Shown here: positions 9,490 through 19,146 of the stretch, in pieces
Position numbering within the stretch: position 1 is the first letter of the stretch
Layout of the letters: each line of letters opens with the position of its first letter
Virus record (IMG/VR): IMGVR_UViG_2675903066_000001
Span: 1 to 64,000 of that record
Origin: a virus
Lineage: Duplodnaviria > Caudoviricetes
Length of the DNA: 64,000 nucleotides
Strand: one strand, 5' to 3'
The notes under the pieces: model-generated
Databases searched by the model: none
What the model saw: only the letters and a program-made list of their open reading frames with translations
Told to the model about the DNA's origin: nothing
Translations under genes and position numbers: made by a program

Positions 9490-11077
9490 GAGACTCCTTG
9501 ATCGTGTAGTAGCGGTACGGGCCGAAACCGGCGACGTTCACCTCGTCGCGGCGCGGCTCTACCTTGACGGGCGGCACATCGCTGCGAACCGCCTTGACCT
9601 GCCAAGCCACACGCTCGCCCGGCACGCCGTAGATGCTGAACTGGCCGTCGAGCGGATACGTCGCTGAGGCGGAAGAGCGGCCCGTACCCATCGCTGTGAT
9701 GAAAACGGCGCGCTCTTCGACCTCCGTCAGCCCCTCGAAGTAGGCCGGCAGCTCAACGTGGGCCTCACCACGTTCGTCGAGTTGGGCTGTGCCCCAGTAC
9801 TCGACGCCGTTGTGCGGCGATTCGGTGCAGGCGTGGATCAGCCACCGGTCTGGGTCGTCAGGGTGCGGGATGATGAAGGATTTGACGCCACCATTGATCC
9901 TCACCGGCGAACCGACCAGGTCCAACGGGCCGAAGTCGTTCCGGAACTCGCTACCGCCGCGATAAAGGGTGAGCACGACGCCGTCGAAGTTGGAGGCCTG
10001 CAACGCTGGGCCTGACCCGCCGCTGTAGGCCCATATCTGGCCGACGATGGCGTTGCTGGGGTTGATGAACTCGATCGGCGAGTACGTTCCGCCGAAAATC
10101 CGTTGGATTTGGACGCGGGCCTCGCCCGCCTTTCCGCTGATGAGCGTCCCAGTGATGCTGGCGGTCCCGTTCGAGCCGATGGAGACGGTTTGCGCGCCCG
10201 AGCTGTCGTAGGCCCGGAAGCCCGTGTTGTCCATCTCGATGCGCGCGCCCGAGGAGCTCGACTTGAGAGCGAATGACCCGGTGCTCGCCAGACTGACCGT
10301 CTCGACGCCGCCCGAGTTGTACGCCCTGAAGCCGGTTCCGTCGAGCTGGATGCGGGCGCCGGACGATGCGCTGCGCAGCGCGAACGACCCGTTGTTAGCG
10401 AGGCTCACCGTCTCGGAGCCGGAACTGTTGAACCCCCGGATTCCCGTGGCGTTGAGCTCCACCCTGCCAGCGGATGGGTTCCCTGCGACTACGCGCGTGG
10501 ACAGCGTCAAGACCGACTCCAGCTTGCCCGCAGTAACCGAGCCGGCCGCCAGGATCGGCGTGGTCACTGCGTTCGCTCGAAGGTGCCCCGTGTCGATCGC
10601 GCTGGCTTGGACAAGGCTGCCAGTAATCGTGTTGGCGATCACCGCGTCGGCGGCGTTCACCGTCCCGGTCTTGATGTTGGCGCCGTCGAGAACCTTGCCG
10701 ATCACGTCCGTATCCACCAGCGGCTGCGTCGCCACGGTGACGTGCCCCGACTCTAAGGACTCATTGCCCGAGCGGTCCACGGCGGTCAGCCAGAACTCGC
10801 GGGCCGCGCCGTACGGCTGGCCGCCGACGACGATCGTCTCCATAACTCGCATCGAGTCGACAACCCGGGCGCTCCCTCCGACCAGCGGGTCGGCCATCCA
10901 TACCTGGACGCGGTCGAGGTCGGACGGCATCGACTCGCCGAGGCTGCCGAGCCCGTCCCACGTCACATGGATCATGCCGAGCCGCGTGGTCACAGTCGGG
11001 GCGGACGGCGCCGGCGGCGGAGTGGTGTCATCCGGGATGAGGATGATCACCTGTTCGGAGAACGCGCCTTTCGCCAC
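9482..11077 (-). CDS. Tail fibre/minor tail protein, paralog 2
   Basis: FN3-like N-terminus (DRSGNES), ITA-KL repeats, three 37-aa repeats, C-terminal KSFIIPHP...ESPHNGVEYWG domain. Confidence 0.85.
   Translation of the reverse strand: MAKGAFSEQVIILIPDDTTPPPAPSAPTVTTRLGMIHVTWDGLGSLGESMPSDLDRVQVWMADPLVGGSARVVDSMRVMETIVVGGQPYGAAREFWLTAVDRSGNESLESGHVTVATQPLVDTDVIGKVLDGANIKTGTVNAADAVIANTITGSLVQASAIDTGHLRANAVTTPILAAGSVTAGKLESVLTLSTRVVAGNPSAGRVELNATGIRGFNSSGSETVSLANNGSFALRSASSGARIQLDGTGFRAYNSGGVETVSLASTGSFALKSSSSGARIEMDNTGFRAYDSSGAQTVSIGSNGTASITGTLISGKAGEARVQIQRIFGGTYSPIEFINPSNAIVGQIWAYSGGSGPALQASNFDGVVLTLYRGGSEFRNDFGPLDLVGSPVRINGGVKSFIIPHPDDPDRWLIHACTESPHNGVEYWGTAQLDERGEAHVELPAYFEGLTEVEERAVFITAMGTGRSSASATYPLDGQFSIYGVPGERVAWQVKAVRSDVPPVKVEPRRDEVNVAGFGPYRYYTIKESHG
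10133..10465 (-). repeat. Three tandem ~111-bp (37-aa) repeats in fibre paralog 2
   Basis: RVELNATGIRGFNSSGSETVSL.. / RIQLDGTGFRAYNSGGVETVSL.. / RIEMDNTGFRAYDSSGAQTVSI.. Confidence 0.8.
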
Positions 11078-11080
11078 CAG

Positions 11081-12559
11081 TTACTCCTTGGTCGTGTAGT
11101 AGCGGTACGGGCCTGTGCCTCGTACTGCCACCTCGTCGCGTCGGGGCTCGACCAGGACGGGCGGCACGTCCTTACGGATCGCCTTAACCAGCCACCCCAC
11201 TTCCTGCTCCGGCTCGCCGTGCACGGTGAACCTGCCACCCTGCGGCTTGGTAGCTGAGCAAGCGGAGGCCGTCGTCCCGACCGGGGTGACGAGAACTGTG
11301 CATCCCTCGACGTGCGTAAGCGTCTCGAAGTAGCTGGGCAGTTCAACATCGGCGTTGCCGTCCTCGTCGAGAGTGACGCTGCCCCAGTACTCGACGCCGT
11401 TGTGCGGGCTCTCCGTGGTCGCATGGATCAGCCAGCGATCACGGTCCATAGGATGCGGGATGATGAACGTCTTCAGCTGAGATCCGTTGTAACGCCACTC
11501 GCCATGCAGAGTGCCGCCGGAGCCATTCATCTCCGCCGACGCGAGGGAGTTGCCTATCTGGGCGCTGTCCGTGAACAGACGGACAAAACCGCCCGTTAGT
11601 CCAGACACATGGTCCACGGTCCAGAGATCCACCGCGGCGCCGGCGATAAAGCCGTTGCCCTGCCAAACGTTGTCCCGTGTGGTCCAAGTCCCGGACATGA
11701 GCCGGATCGTCCCTGTCGGGTCGCCCGAGTAGGTTCCCGTGGAGGAAATCTCGGCGAAGTTGTTTCCCGTCTCGGGATAGAAGCGGATCGTTTGGCTCAG
11801 CCCCGGAGTTGAGTCGATCACGATGCGGGTTCCGCTGAAGGCAGTGGATAGCGCCCCAACAAGCGACACGTCGCCGGATGAACTAATCTGCATGGTCTGC
11901 TGAGAGGCCGAGTTGAATGCCTTCAGCCCTGTACTGTCCAACTGGACCCGGGCCCCGGCCGTGCTGCCAGCGACGATCCGGGTGGACAGTGTCAGGGTCG
12001 CTGCCAGCTTGCCCGCTGTGATGGAGCCGGCCGCGAGCTTGTCGGTCGTCACCGCGTTCGCTTGCAGATGACCGGCGTTGATCGCGTTGGCTTGGATGAG
12101 GCTGCCCGTGACCGTGTTGGCGATCACAGCGTCGGCGGCGTTTACGGTGCCGCTGACGATGTTCGCCCCGCTGATGACCTTCCCGATAAGGTCGGTGTTG
12201 ACGAGCGGCTGAGTGGCCACCGTGACGCGCCCAGACTGGCCAGACTCGTTGCCCGACCGGTCAAGCGCAGTCAGCCAGATCTCTCGATTCTCGCCGTACG
12301 ACTGACCACCGATGACCACCGTCTCGGCGACGCTCATCGCGTCGACCATGGACTCGCTGCCCGGCTGGTCGGGGTCGGCCAGCCACACTCGGACGTGGTC
12401 CAGGTCCGAGGGCATGGCGGTGCCGTCAGCCGACAGTCCGTCCCATCCGACGTGGATCATGCCGAGGCGGGTCGTCACCGAAGGCGTCGACGGCACCGAG
12501 GGAGGCGTCGTGTCGTCCGGGATAACCAGAATCGCCTGGTCAGAGAACGGACCCCTCAT
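11081..12559 (-). CDS. Tail fibre/minor tail protein, paralog 1
   Basis: Colinear with 9482..11077 at the N- and C-termini, divergent middle. Confidence 0.85.
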   Translation of the reverse strand: MRGPFSDQAILVIPDDTTPPSVPSTPSVTTRLGMIHVGWDGLSADGTAMPSDLDHVRVWLADPDQPGSESMVDAMSVAETVVIGGQSYGENREIWLTALDRSGNESGQSGRVTVATQPLVNTDLIGKVISGANIVSGTVNAADAVIANTVTGSLIQANAINAGHLQANAVTTDKLAAGSITAGKLAATLTLSTRIVAGSTAGARVQLDSTGLKAFNSASQQTMQISSSGDVSLVGALSTAFSGTRIVIDSTPGLSQTIRFYPETGNNFAEISSTGTYSGDPTGTIRLMSGTWTTRDNVWQGNGFIAGAAVDLWTVDHVSGLTGGFVRLFTDSAQIGNSLASAEMNGSGGTLHGEWRYNGSQLKTFIIPHPMDRDRWLIHATTESPHNGVEYWGSVTLDEDGNADVELPSYFETLTHVEGCTVLVTPVGTTASACSATKPQGGRFTVHGEPEQEVGWLVKAIRKDVPPVLVEPRRDEVAVRGTGPYRYYTTKE

Positions 12560-14070
12560 GAGGTGACCGCCCGCACCTTGAACGCGTACTCGATGCCGAC
12601 CCGCAGCGGCGAGTACGTCGCCGTGGTGTCTGCGCCGTCGACCACGGCGATCTGCCGCCAGTAGTCGCCCGGCCGGTTCTCCCGCGCGTACAGCTCGTAG
12701 CTGGAGACGTCGACCGCGACACCGTTGACGTCGGTGACGACCGGCGACCAGGTCGCGGTGATCTGCCCCTGCGGGTACCCCTGGTCGTCGATGTACGCGT
12801 CGCCGTTGACCACCAAACCCTGAGGCGCGGCCGGCTCGCGGCCGCCCGGCTCCGGCGCGGGCGTCCCGCCCGTACCGCCCGAGCCGACGCCGCCTGCGAG
12901 GATCCCGGCCGCCTGCCTGGCGAGCCTCAGCTCACGCTCCAGAAAGCGGTCGTTCAAGACGATGTTGCCGCCTACCCGCCCGTCCTTGTCGACTGAGAGC
13001 GTGATCTGACGGACGCGCAGGGCCTGCATCTGGCCGCCCTCGCCCGGCGCCGCGATGAAGTCGCCCGGCCGGTAGTGCGCGAACGGAAGGAACCGCGCGG
13101 CCTCGAACCGGAGACCTCGCGTAAGCTGCGCACGCTCACGGCTCGCCCGCTCCAGCGCGTTCTGGCCGAGCAGCTGCGCGGTTCCGGTGTCGCTGACGCC
13201 GCCCTGCGACTGGCTGGTCTCCCACCGGCCCCACGGAGCGACTGCGCTGGGGTTGTTGACCTCGACGGCCAGGCCCTTCTCTCCCCTGACGAGGATCGCC
13301 GTCGCGAAGTCCTCCAGGGTCGCGCTGTCGGGCGCCTCATCGATGTCGCGGCCGAACCGGAGCTCGACCGGGCTGCCCCCGCTCGCGTTCTGGCGGCCCA
13401 GGACGGTGCCCTCACGGAAGACGCGCAGCGTGCGGCCGCTCATCGTCCAGTCGAGCACGCCTTGCTCGGCAAGGTTGATCAACAAGGTGAGCAGATCGAC
13501 GCCGGGCTCCACCTCCAGCGTGAGTAGCTTGTCGCCGTCCCACAACTGGCCAGCGCTGTCGCTCGTGGTGTCGAAGTCGATTTCCAGGCCGCGCCGAGGC
13601 AGCGCCGGCGACAGCGCGCCGCGGGCCTTACCCTCCTGCACGAGCGTGCGCAGCAGCGCGCCCGGCGTGACTGCCGAGAACACGCGCTTCCCCTCCGACA
13701 TGACCCCGCCCGGATACATGACCAGCTTGCGGAGCTGCCACGACCAGGCCGGACACTCGTACGTGCTCGTCCGGGTCTGGTCGGTCGAGTCCCCGTCGCG
13801 CTTGATCCGCAGGAACCGGGCCCCGTCCGGCTCCACCCATGCCCCGCCGTCAACGGCGTACTCGAGCGCGACCTCGACCGGCTGCGCCAGCCACTCCGCC
13901 CCGACACCATCGGCCGGGTAGTTGAACCGCAGCGATGGCACGTCGTTGAGCGGCATGCCGACCTCGACGTCGAGAGGGTGGGGCAGCGTGCCGAGACGGT
14001 CGCCGCCCGGCTCGTACGCCACCAGCCGGAGCGCGAACCGCTGCGGGTCGCCGGGCACGATGACCTGCAC
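12556..14070 (-). CDS. Baseplate hub/Tal-like tail protein with truncated C-terminal FN3
   Basis: AGGAGG RBS, GTG 14070; PLNDVPSL, PWGRWE; ends YAFKVRAVTS. Confidence 0.85.
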   Translation of the reverse strand: MQVIVPGDPQRFALRLVAYEPGGDRLGTLPHPLDVEVGMPLNDVPSLRFNYPADGVGAEWLAQPVEVALEYAVDGGAWVEPDGARFLRIKRDGDSTDQTRTSTYECPAWSWQLRKLVMYPGGVMSEGKRVFSAVTPGALLRTLVQEGKARGALSPALPRRGLEIDFDTTSDSAGQLWDGDKLLTLEVEPGVDLLTLLINLAEQGVLDWTMSGRTLRVFREGTVLGRQNASGGSPVELRFGRDIDEAPDSATLEDFATAILVRGEKGLAVEVNNPSAVAPWGRWETSQSQGGVSDTGTAQLLGQNALERASRERAQLTRGLRFEAARFLPFAHYRPGDFIAAPGEGGQMQALRVRQITLSVDKDGRVGGNIVLNDRFLERELRLARQAAGILAGGVGSGGTGGTPAPEPGGREPAAPQGLVVNGDAYIDDQGYPQGQITATWSPVVTDVNGVAVDVSSYELYARENRPGDYWRQIAVVDGADTTATYSPLRVGIEYAFKVRAVTS

Positions 14071-14089
14071 GAGGTCCTCCTCGATGTCG

Positions 14090-15229
14090 TTACGGGCGCG
14101 CGGACAACGCGGCGATCTGCCGCGCCACCCGCACTTGGTACTCGTCACGCCGGTCAGCCAGGATCAGGTTCCCCGCGACGGCGCCCTGCGCCGACCGCGT
14201 CAGCGTGATCTGCCTGACTCGCATCCGCGCCGGCTGTCCGCCGTCTCCAGGCGCGACGATCAGGTCTCCCGGCTGGTAGTCGCGCAAGGGGAGATGCGTG
14301 GCCACGCTCATGTTGATCTCGCGGGTGCGTTGCACGCTCTCCTGCGAGCCGCGCAACACCACCGCTGTGCCGATGGTGTTGGCGCTGGCCGTCGAGGTGA
14401 TACCGACCTCGCGCACACCGGCCTCCCACCGGCCCCACGGCATGGGGACACCGCCTTGGATGACCTCCTGTCGGATGTTGTTGTCGCCCACGACGTACGC
14501 GGCCGACGCCATGTCCTCCAGCGTGGCCAGGTCCGGAGCGGCCGTCACATCGCGGCCGGCCCGCAACGCGACCGGGGAGGGTCCGATGGTCAGATCCCGC
14601 GCCAGGGTCGTGCCCTGCACGTACGCGCTGAGCTGACGCGGGCCTGTCATCCGGAAGTCGATCAGCCCGTAGTCGACGAGGCGCATCAGCACCGACAACA
14701 GGTCCGTGCCGAGCGGGATGCCCATCCCTATGACGGCCCCCCACGCCGCCGCTGACGAGTCCTGCGACGCGTTGAAATTCCAGCCCAAGCTGGAAAGTGC
14801 GCCGCGGCTCTGCGCCTCGGTCATTAGCGTGTGGAGGATCAACCCCGCTGTGGCCGTGAACGAGAACACGCGGTTGCCGTTGATCGGCTCCACGCCCGAC
14901 GCGGCGTAGGTGACCGCTTTCTGCAGCGTCCACAGGTAGCTCGGGCAGGTGTACTCCCACGTGGCCGACTGGTCGAGCTGGTCGCCTTCGCGCCGCAGCA
15001 GAAGGAATCGTGCCTCGGGGTACTCCGTCCACGTGGTGCCGTCCGCCGACCACTGCAACCCGATCTCGCACGGCGAGGCGATCAGCTCGGCGCCGGGCGC
15101 ATGCCTGCTGTAGGCGAACTTCAAGGTGGGGAGGTCGTTGAGCGGGAACGCCGCCTGGATGTAGAGCGGGTGGGAGAGCTGACCGAGACGGGCTCCGTTA
15201 GGGGCGAAGACCACGAGACGCAAGTCCAT
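14090..15229 (-). CDS. Baseplate hub/Tal-like tail protein, short paralog
   Basis: Follows Dit; colinear with the N-terminal ~380 aa of 12556..14070. Confidence 0.85.
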   Translation of the reverse strand: MDLRLVVFAPNGARLGQLSHPLYIQAAFPLNDLPTLKFAYSRHAPGAELIASPCEIGLQWSADGTTWTEYPEARFLLLRREGDQLDQSATWEYTCPSYLWTLQKAVTYAASGVEPINGNRVFSFTATAGLILHTLMTEAQSRGALSSLGWNFNASQDSSAAAWGAVIGMGIPLGTDLLSVLMRLVDYGLIDFRMTGPRQLSAYVQGTTLARDLTIGPSPVALRAGRDVTAAPDLATLEDMASAAYVVGDNNIRQEVIQGGVPMPWGRWEAGVREVGITSTASANTIGTAVVLRGSQESVQRTREINMSVATHLPLRDYQPGDLIVAPGDGGQPARMRVRQITLTRSAQGAVAGNLILADRRDEYQVRVARQIAALSARP

Positions 15230-15244
15230 CGCCCCTCCTCAGGA

Positions 15245-16126
15245 TCACAGGTAGGAGCGGCGGGCCCGGATTTCGAGCCGCGACGCCGAGGTGGTGCTCG
15301 TCGCTGTGCACGAGACGACCACCGCGCGGGAGAACGGGTCGCCGACCGCCATCGCCGGCGTGAGGTGGAGCCAGCGGTTCGCCGACCCCGGCCCGGACAC
15401 GACCATCACGCCTGTCCTGTCCGTGCCCCCGGTGAGCTCCCACGTGTCCGTGGTGACGAGCGCGGCCCGCATCGCCTGTGCGTCGACGACGAGCCACTGC
15501 CCGGCCGAGATCGTATTCGCGCCGAACGTCGTCAGCGCGACGGTGCCGCCGCTGGCTACGTCCCTGATGGTCGGGTTGGTGGCCGGCCCGGTGACGCGGA
15601 TCAGCGCATCGGTGATGGGCGCGGTGCTCCCGGCGAGCGTCGTCACCACCTGGTCGACAGTGTTGGCCGACCCTGACCAGGTGGAGAGCGTCTCGTCTCG
15701 CCAATACACACCAGGAACCTCGACGACGACCGTCAGCCGCGCGCGGGCCGCGCCGACCCAGATCTCCGGCTCGGACGCGGCTGTGATCGTCACGTCCGCG
15801 ATTCGGGCGATCGGGCCCGCCTCGTAGCGCAAGCTCATGAGCCGGTTCCGGACGCCGAGTAGCGCGGTCAGGGCCTCCAGGTTGGTTTCCATCTGCGCGT
15901 ACCCGCCGTCTGCCCCAGACGGGGTTGCCCCGGTCACAGCGAACGTCAGCGAGAACGACGTGGCCTCGTGATCGAGGCCGACGATCGGCAGTTCGCCGGC
16001 GCGTCCGGTGACCGAGACGCGGACCGCGCGGGCCCCCGGCAGAGGCCTGCGCTGGGTGCCTCGCTTGAGCTTCCAGCAGCCCGCGGGGTGATCCAGCGGG
16101 ACACCGTCCAGCGTGTACGACGGCAC
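15245..16126 (-). CDS. Distal tail protein (Dit-like)
   Basis: Directly after the tape measure gene; ITDALIRVTGPATNP; ends RARRSYL. Confidence 0.8.
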   Translation of the reverse strand: MPSYTLDGVPLDHPAGCWKLKRGTQRRPLPGARAVRVSVTGRAGELPIVGLDHEATSFSLTFAVTGATPSGADGGYAQMETNLEALTALLGVRNRLMSLRYEAGPIARIADVTITAASEPEIWVGAARARLTVVVEVPGVYWRDETLSTWSGSANTVDQVVTTLAGSTAPITDALIRVTGPATNPTIRDVASGGTVALTTFGANTISAGQWLVVDAQAMRAALVTTDTWELTGGTDRTGVMVVSGPGSANRWLHLTPAMAVGDPFSRAVVVSCTATSTTSASRLEIRARRSYL

Positions 16127-16127
16127 G

Positions 16128-18368
16128 TCAGATCACCCCCAGGGCGCCCGCGAGCTGCAACCCGCGATTGACACTCACGCTCGTGGGTTCGGCCTGCGGG
16201 TAGTAGTTGGTTTGGTGGATCACGGTCCGGGCGTTGCCGAGACCGCCCACGGACATGCCGCCCGGAAGGCTCACGCCTGGAGCGGCCAGGTCCGGGATTC
16301 CGGTGCCGGCGACGATGCCCGCCATGCGCTGCGCGGCGGTGCGGACCACACCTCCGGCCCCGAGGATGCCTTGCGCGAGTCCGGCCGGGACTTCCTTACC
16401 GATCTTCATGAAGAGTCGGCTCGGCGAGTGGATGCCGAGGAAGTCGAGGACGGGACCGGGCAAGATGTCGCGCAGGAAGCCGACGATGTTGTTCTTGATC
16501 GCGTTTCCCGCCGCCACGATGCCGTTCCACAAGCCCTCCATGAGCGCTTTACCGGCGTTCATCAGGGTGGAGCCGAGGCCCGTGACCGCGTCGACGATCA
16601 TGTCGAGCGCGCCACTGAAGTCGCCACGAAAAAGCCGCACGACCCCCTCGACGATCTTGATCAGGCTGGGCAGAATGTCCCCCACGATCTGAAGCAGCGG
16701 CGCGATGATCGGCTGCACAGCACCGAGAATTTCAGACAAAACGCCCACAAAGGTCGAAACCAGGGGAATCAGGCTCTTGACCAGGCTCATCATGGGCGGC
16801 AGCAGCTTCGACGTCAGCTCCACGAACGGCGGCAGCACTACCTGGATCGCCTGCGCGAGCACCTGACCGATCTGCGCTGCCAGCGGGCCCACCGCCGCAG
16901 CCAGCTCTGTGACCAGGGACGACATCTGCGGGAGAAGCGGCTGCAGGCTGGACGCCAAGGCCTCGATCACCGGCGCCAAGACGGCCGACAGATTCGTCAG
17001 CGCCATGCCCAAGGTCTGGCCCAAGATCCCGGCGAGCTGCCCAACCAGCGGCAGGAGTGGAGCCACCGCCGACAGCAGCGCAGAGATTCCCTGACCGAGC
17101 GCCAGCAGTCCCGCTTGCATTTCAGGCGATGCGAACGCCTTGCTGAGCATCTCAGCCACGAGTGTTAGCCCAGGCCCGAGCGCGGCCAGAGCCGGCCCGA
17201 GCGCAGTCACCGCGGCGGCCAACCCGGGGCCGAGCGCGACCGCGATGTTAGCGATGTGCGGGGCGATCTGCGCGACCGCGCCACCCAGGGCCTGGAAGAT
17301 CGGAAACAGGGCCGACCCGACCTGCGACAAGCTCTGGAAGATCGTGACCAAGATCTGCTGACCCTGAGCCGATGCAAGGAACTGGTTCAGCTGCACAAGC
17401 AGCTGCCCGAGCACGCCAAGCGCGTTCGTGCCTCCGGTCTGCATCGCGGAGAAGATCGACTGGATGATCCCGACCAGACTGCCCACGATGGTGCCGAGCT
17501 GCTGGAACACGGCCATCGCGCCCTGCATCCAGCCGAGCGCCTGCCCGCTGGCCGCCGCCTGCGACAGGAACTCGCCGAACTTCGCGGCAGCACCAGCGAT
17601 CCCTGGCACCAGGCCGGACGTGAACTGCGCGCCGACCACCGCCAGGTCACGAAAACCCGCGAGAAGCGGCTCGATCGCGGGACGCATGTCCGCGACCGCC
17701 TGCCGCAGCGACGTGAAGATCGCCGACACCGCCTGCACCGAGGCCGACGACGACGCGAACTGCGCCGCGGCCGCGCCAGCAAGACCGAACTCCCGCGCGA
17801 CCCCGGACATGCCCGACTGCAGCGGACCTACCAGGGCGGCCGCCACGGCCGTGATCTGGCTGGCCAGCGGCTGGAAGAACGCGTCCTGGACACTGCTCTT
17901 GAGCCCGTCGATGGCGGGCTTGGCCGCCCGGAGCTCCTTCGCTGCCGCTTGGGCCGCAGGCGAGAGACCCGCGATCGACTTTTTGAAGGCCTCCGGGTCA
18001 TCGGCCAGCGCGGCCGAGAAAGCTTCGCTGACGCCCGCCAGCGCGACCTGGAGCGTGGCCGTCGCGGCCTTGGCCAGGACCATCGCGCCCGGTAGAGCAG
18101 CGATGATGCCCGCCGCGGGGGCGAGCGCGGCCGCCAGAGCGATACCGCCCTGGGCAGCGACAGCGAGACCACCGGCCGCGACCGAGCCGGCCGACGCCAC
18201 GGCGACCAGCCGCGTGCCCATCGCGGCGGCGTTCGACGCCACCGTCCCGAGGCTGGACTGGCTCTTCTTGGCCGCGTCATCAAGATCACGGTTGAATTGC
18301 TTGATCGGCGGCCCCGACCGGTTCTTGACGAGGATCGTGGCGAACAGCTCGCCGACGTTGAGGCCCAT
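16128..18368 (-). CDS. Tape measure protein
   Basis: 746 aa, Ala/Leu/Gly-rich; MGLNVGELFA start; LGIHSPSRLF motif. Confidence 0.93.
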   Translation of the reverse strand: MGLNVGELFATILVKNRSGPPIKQFNRDLDDAAKKSQSSLGTVASNAAAMGTRLVAVASAGSVAAGGLAVAAQGGIALAAALAPAAGIIAALPGAMVLAKAATATLQVALAGVSEAFSAALADDPEAFKKSIAGLSPAAQAAAKELRAAKPAIDGLKSSVQDAFFQPLASQITAVAAALVGPLQSGMSGVAREFGLAGAAAAQFASSSASVQAVSAIFTSLRQAVADMRPAIEPLLAGFRDLAVVGAQFTSGLVPGIAGAAAKFGEFLSQAAASGQALGWMQGAMAVFQQLGTIVGSLVGIIQSIFSAMQTGGTNALGVLGQLLVQLNQFLASAQGQQILVTIFQSLSQVGSALFPIFQALGGAVAQIAPHIANIAVALGPGLAAAVTALGPALAALGPGLTLVAEMLSKAFASPEMQAGLLALGQGISALLSAVAPLLPLVGQLAGILGQTLGMALTNLSAVLAPVIEALASSLQPLLPQMSSLVTELAAAVGPLAAQIGQVLAQAIQVVLPPFVELTSKLLPPMMSLVKSLIPLVSTFVGVLSEILGAVQPIIAPLLQIVGDILPSLIKIVEGVVRLFRGDFSGALDMIVDAVTGLGSTLMNAGKALMEGLWNGIVAAGNAIKNNIVGFLRDILPGPVLDFLGIHSPSRLFMKIGKEVPAGLAQGILGAGGVVRTAAQRMAGIVAGTGIPDLAAPGVSLPGGMSVGGLGNARTVIHQTNYYPQAEPTSVSVNRGLQLAGALGVI

Positions 18369-18448
18369 GAGCCACCTCTCGGGGTGTCGCGATCACAAGG
18401 GAGGCGAGGGGAAAGGCGGCCGAGGGATGCCAGCGGAACCGCTGGCGC

Positions 18449-18775
18449 TCAATGCCGTCTGCGGCGGCTCACATCGTTATCACCGGGGTCGAGCGCCCGA
18501 GCGACCCGCGTGTCAGCGGTCAGCAGGCCAACGATGCGGGCCTGCAACCACCTCCACGACCGGCGCTGCAACAGGCCGGGCTCGTCGAGGTCGATCCCGA
18601 ACTCGCTGTGGAGATCAGCCTCGACGAGCCCCCATCTGCTCAGGAGCTCTTGCCAGGTGACCCGGTGGCCTTTTGCCGAGAGGCCGTCTTCCGGGTCGTA
18701 CCAGTCGCGGAGCCCCGAGTCCGGGTCGACGTCGCCGCCGAGGCTGCCGTCCGAGTCGGGGCTTCCGCTTCCCCC
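18449..18775 (-). CDS. Tail assembly chaperone, -1 frameshift extension
   Basis: W-LVEADL-SEFGIDL...RSWRWLQARIVGLL motif; entered through the GGGGGAA site. Confidence 0.8.
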   Translation of the reverse strand, partial: GGSGSPDSDGSLGGDVDPDSGLRDWYDPEDGLSAKGHRVTWQELLSRWGLVEADLHSEFGIDLDEPGLLQRRSWRWLQARIVGLLTADTRVARALDPGDNDVSRRRRH

Positions 18776-19146
18776 ATCGCGCTGCCGGACTCCCAGTGCT
18801 TGGCCGCAGGCTCCATGCCGGCCGCGATCCATATCAGCGCTGTCTGGCCGACGTGCAGGATCTTCGGCCACGCGACCTTGTCGGCGATCAGCTGGTCCCA
18901 GACCGGGCCAAGGATGCGCTGGTAGAGGTCCTTCTCCTGGTCGTCGTCGAGGACGACCTCGGCGAGCTGGTTCAGCCCTTCCGCGTCCACCGCCTGGCCG
19001 GAGTGAGCTGCCACGCCAGCTTGCATGAGCCGTTGGCACAGCAGGCCGACTTCGGCGGAGGGCGGCGGGATGACGTATGTCTTCCCGCCGACCGGCAGCG
19101 GCAGGGTGGGGTCGAAGAACTCGTCGAGGTCCTTGAATGACGCCAT
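18640..19146 (-). CDS. Tail assembly chaperone
   Basis: FKDLDEFFDPTL-LPVGGKTYVIPPPSA; lies between tube and tape measure genes. Confidence 0.85.
   Translation of the reverse strand: MASFKDLDEFFDPTLPLPVGGKTYVIPPPSAEVGLLCQRLMQAGVAAHSGQAVDAEGLNQLAEVVLDDDQEKDLYQRILGPVWDQLIADKVAWPKILHVGQTALIWIAAGMEPAAKHWESGSAMGEAEAPTRTAASAATSTRTRGSATGTTRKTASRQKATGSPGKSS
18769..18775 (-). other. Programmed -1 frameshift slippery site G GGG GAA
   Basis: ATG GGG GAA GCG in the chaperone frame; the -1 frame is open to 18449. Confidence 0.8.

Noticed and set aside
11078-11083. Stop-codon read-through fusing the two fibre genes (in-frame TAA CTG GTG)
   Set aside because: TAA is a strong stop and the second gene has its own AAGGAG RBS at normal spacing.
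9482-12559. DGR or invertible shufflon for fibre variation
   Set aside because: No reverse transcriptase, no adenine-specific TR/VR pair, and both copies have the same orientation with no flanking inverted sites.
12550-12575. Programmed -1 frameshift joining hub and fibre 1
   Set aside because: There is no slippery heptamer (GCG GTC ACC TCA TGA); the ATGA overlap fits translational coupling. A sequencing indel cannot be excluded without reads.
18769-18775. Tail chaperone frameshift as a novelty
   Set aside because: It is real but a well-known conserved feature of long-tailed phages.
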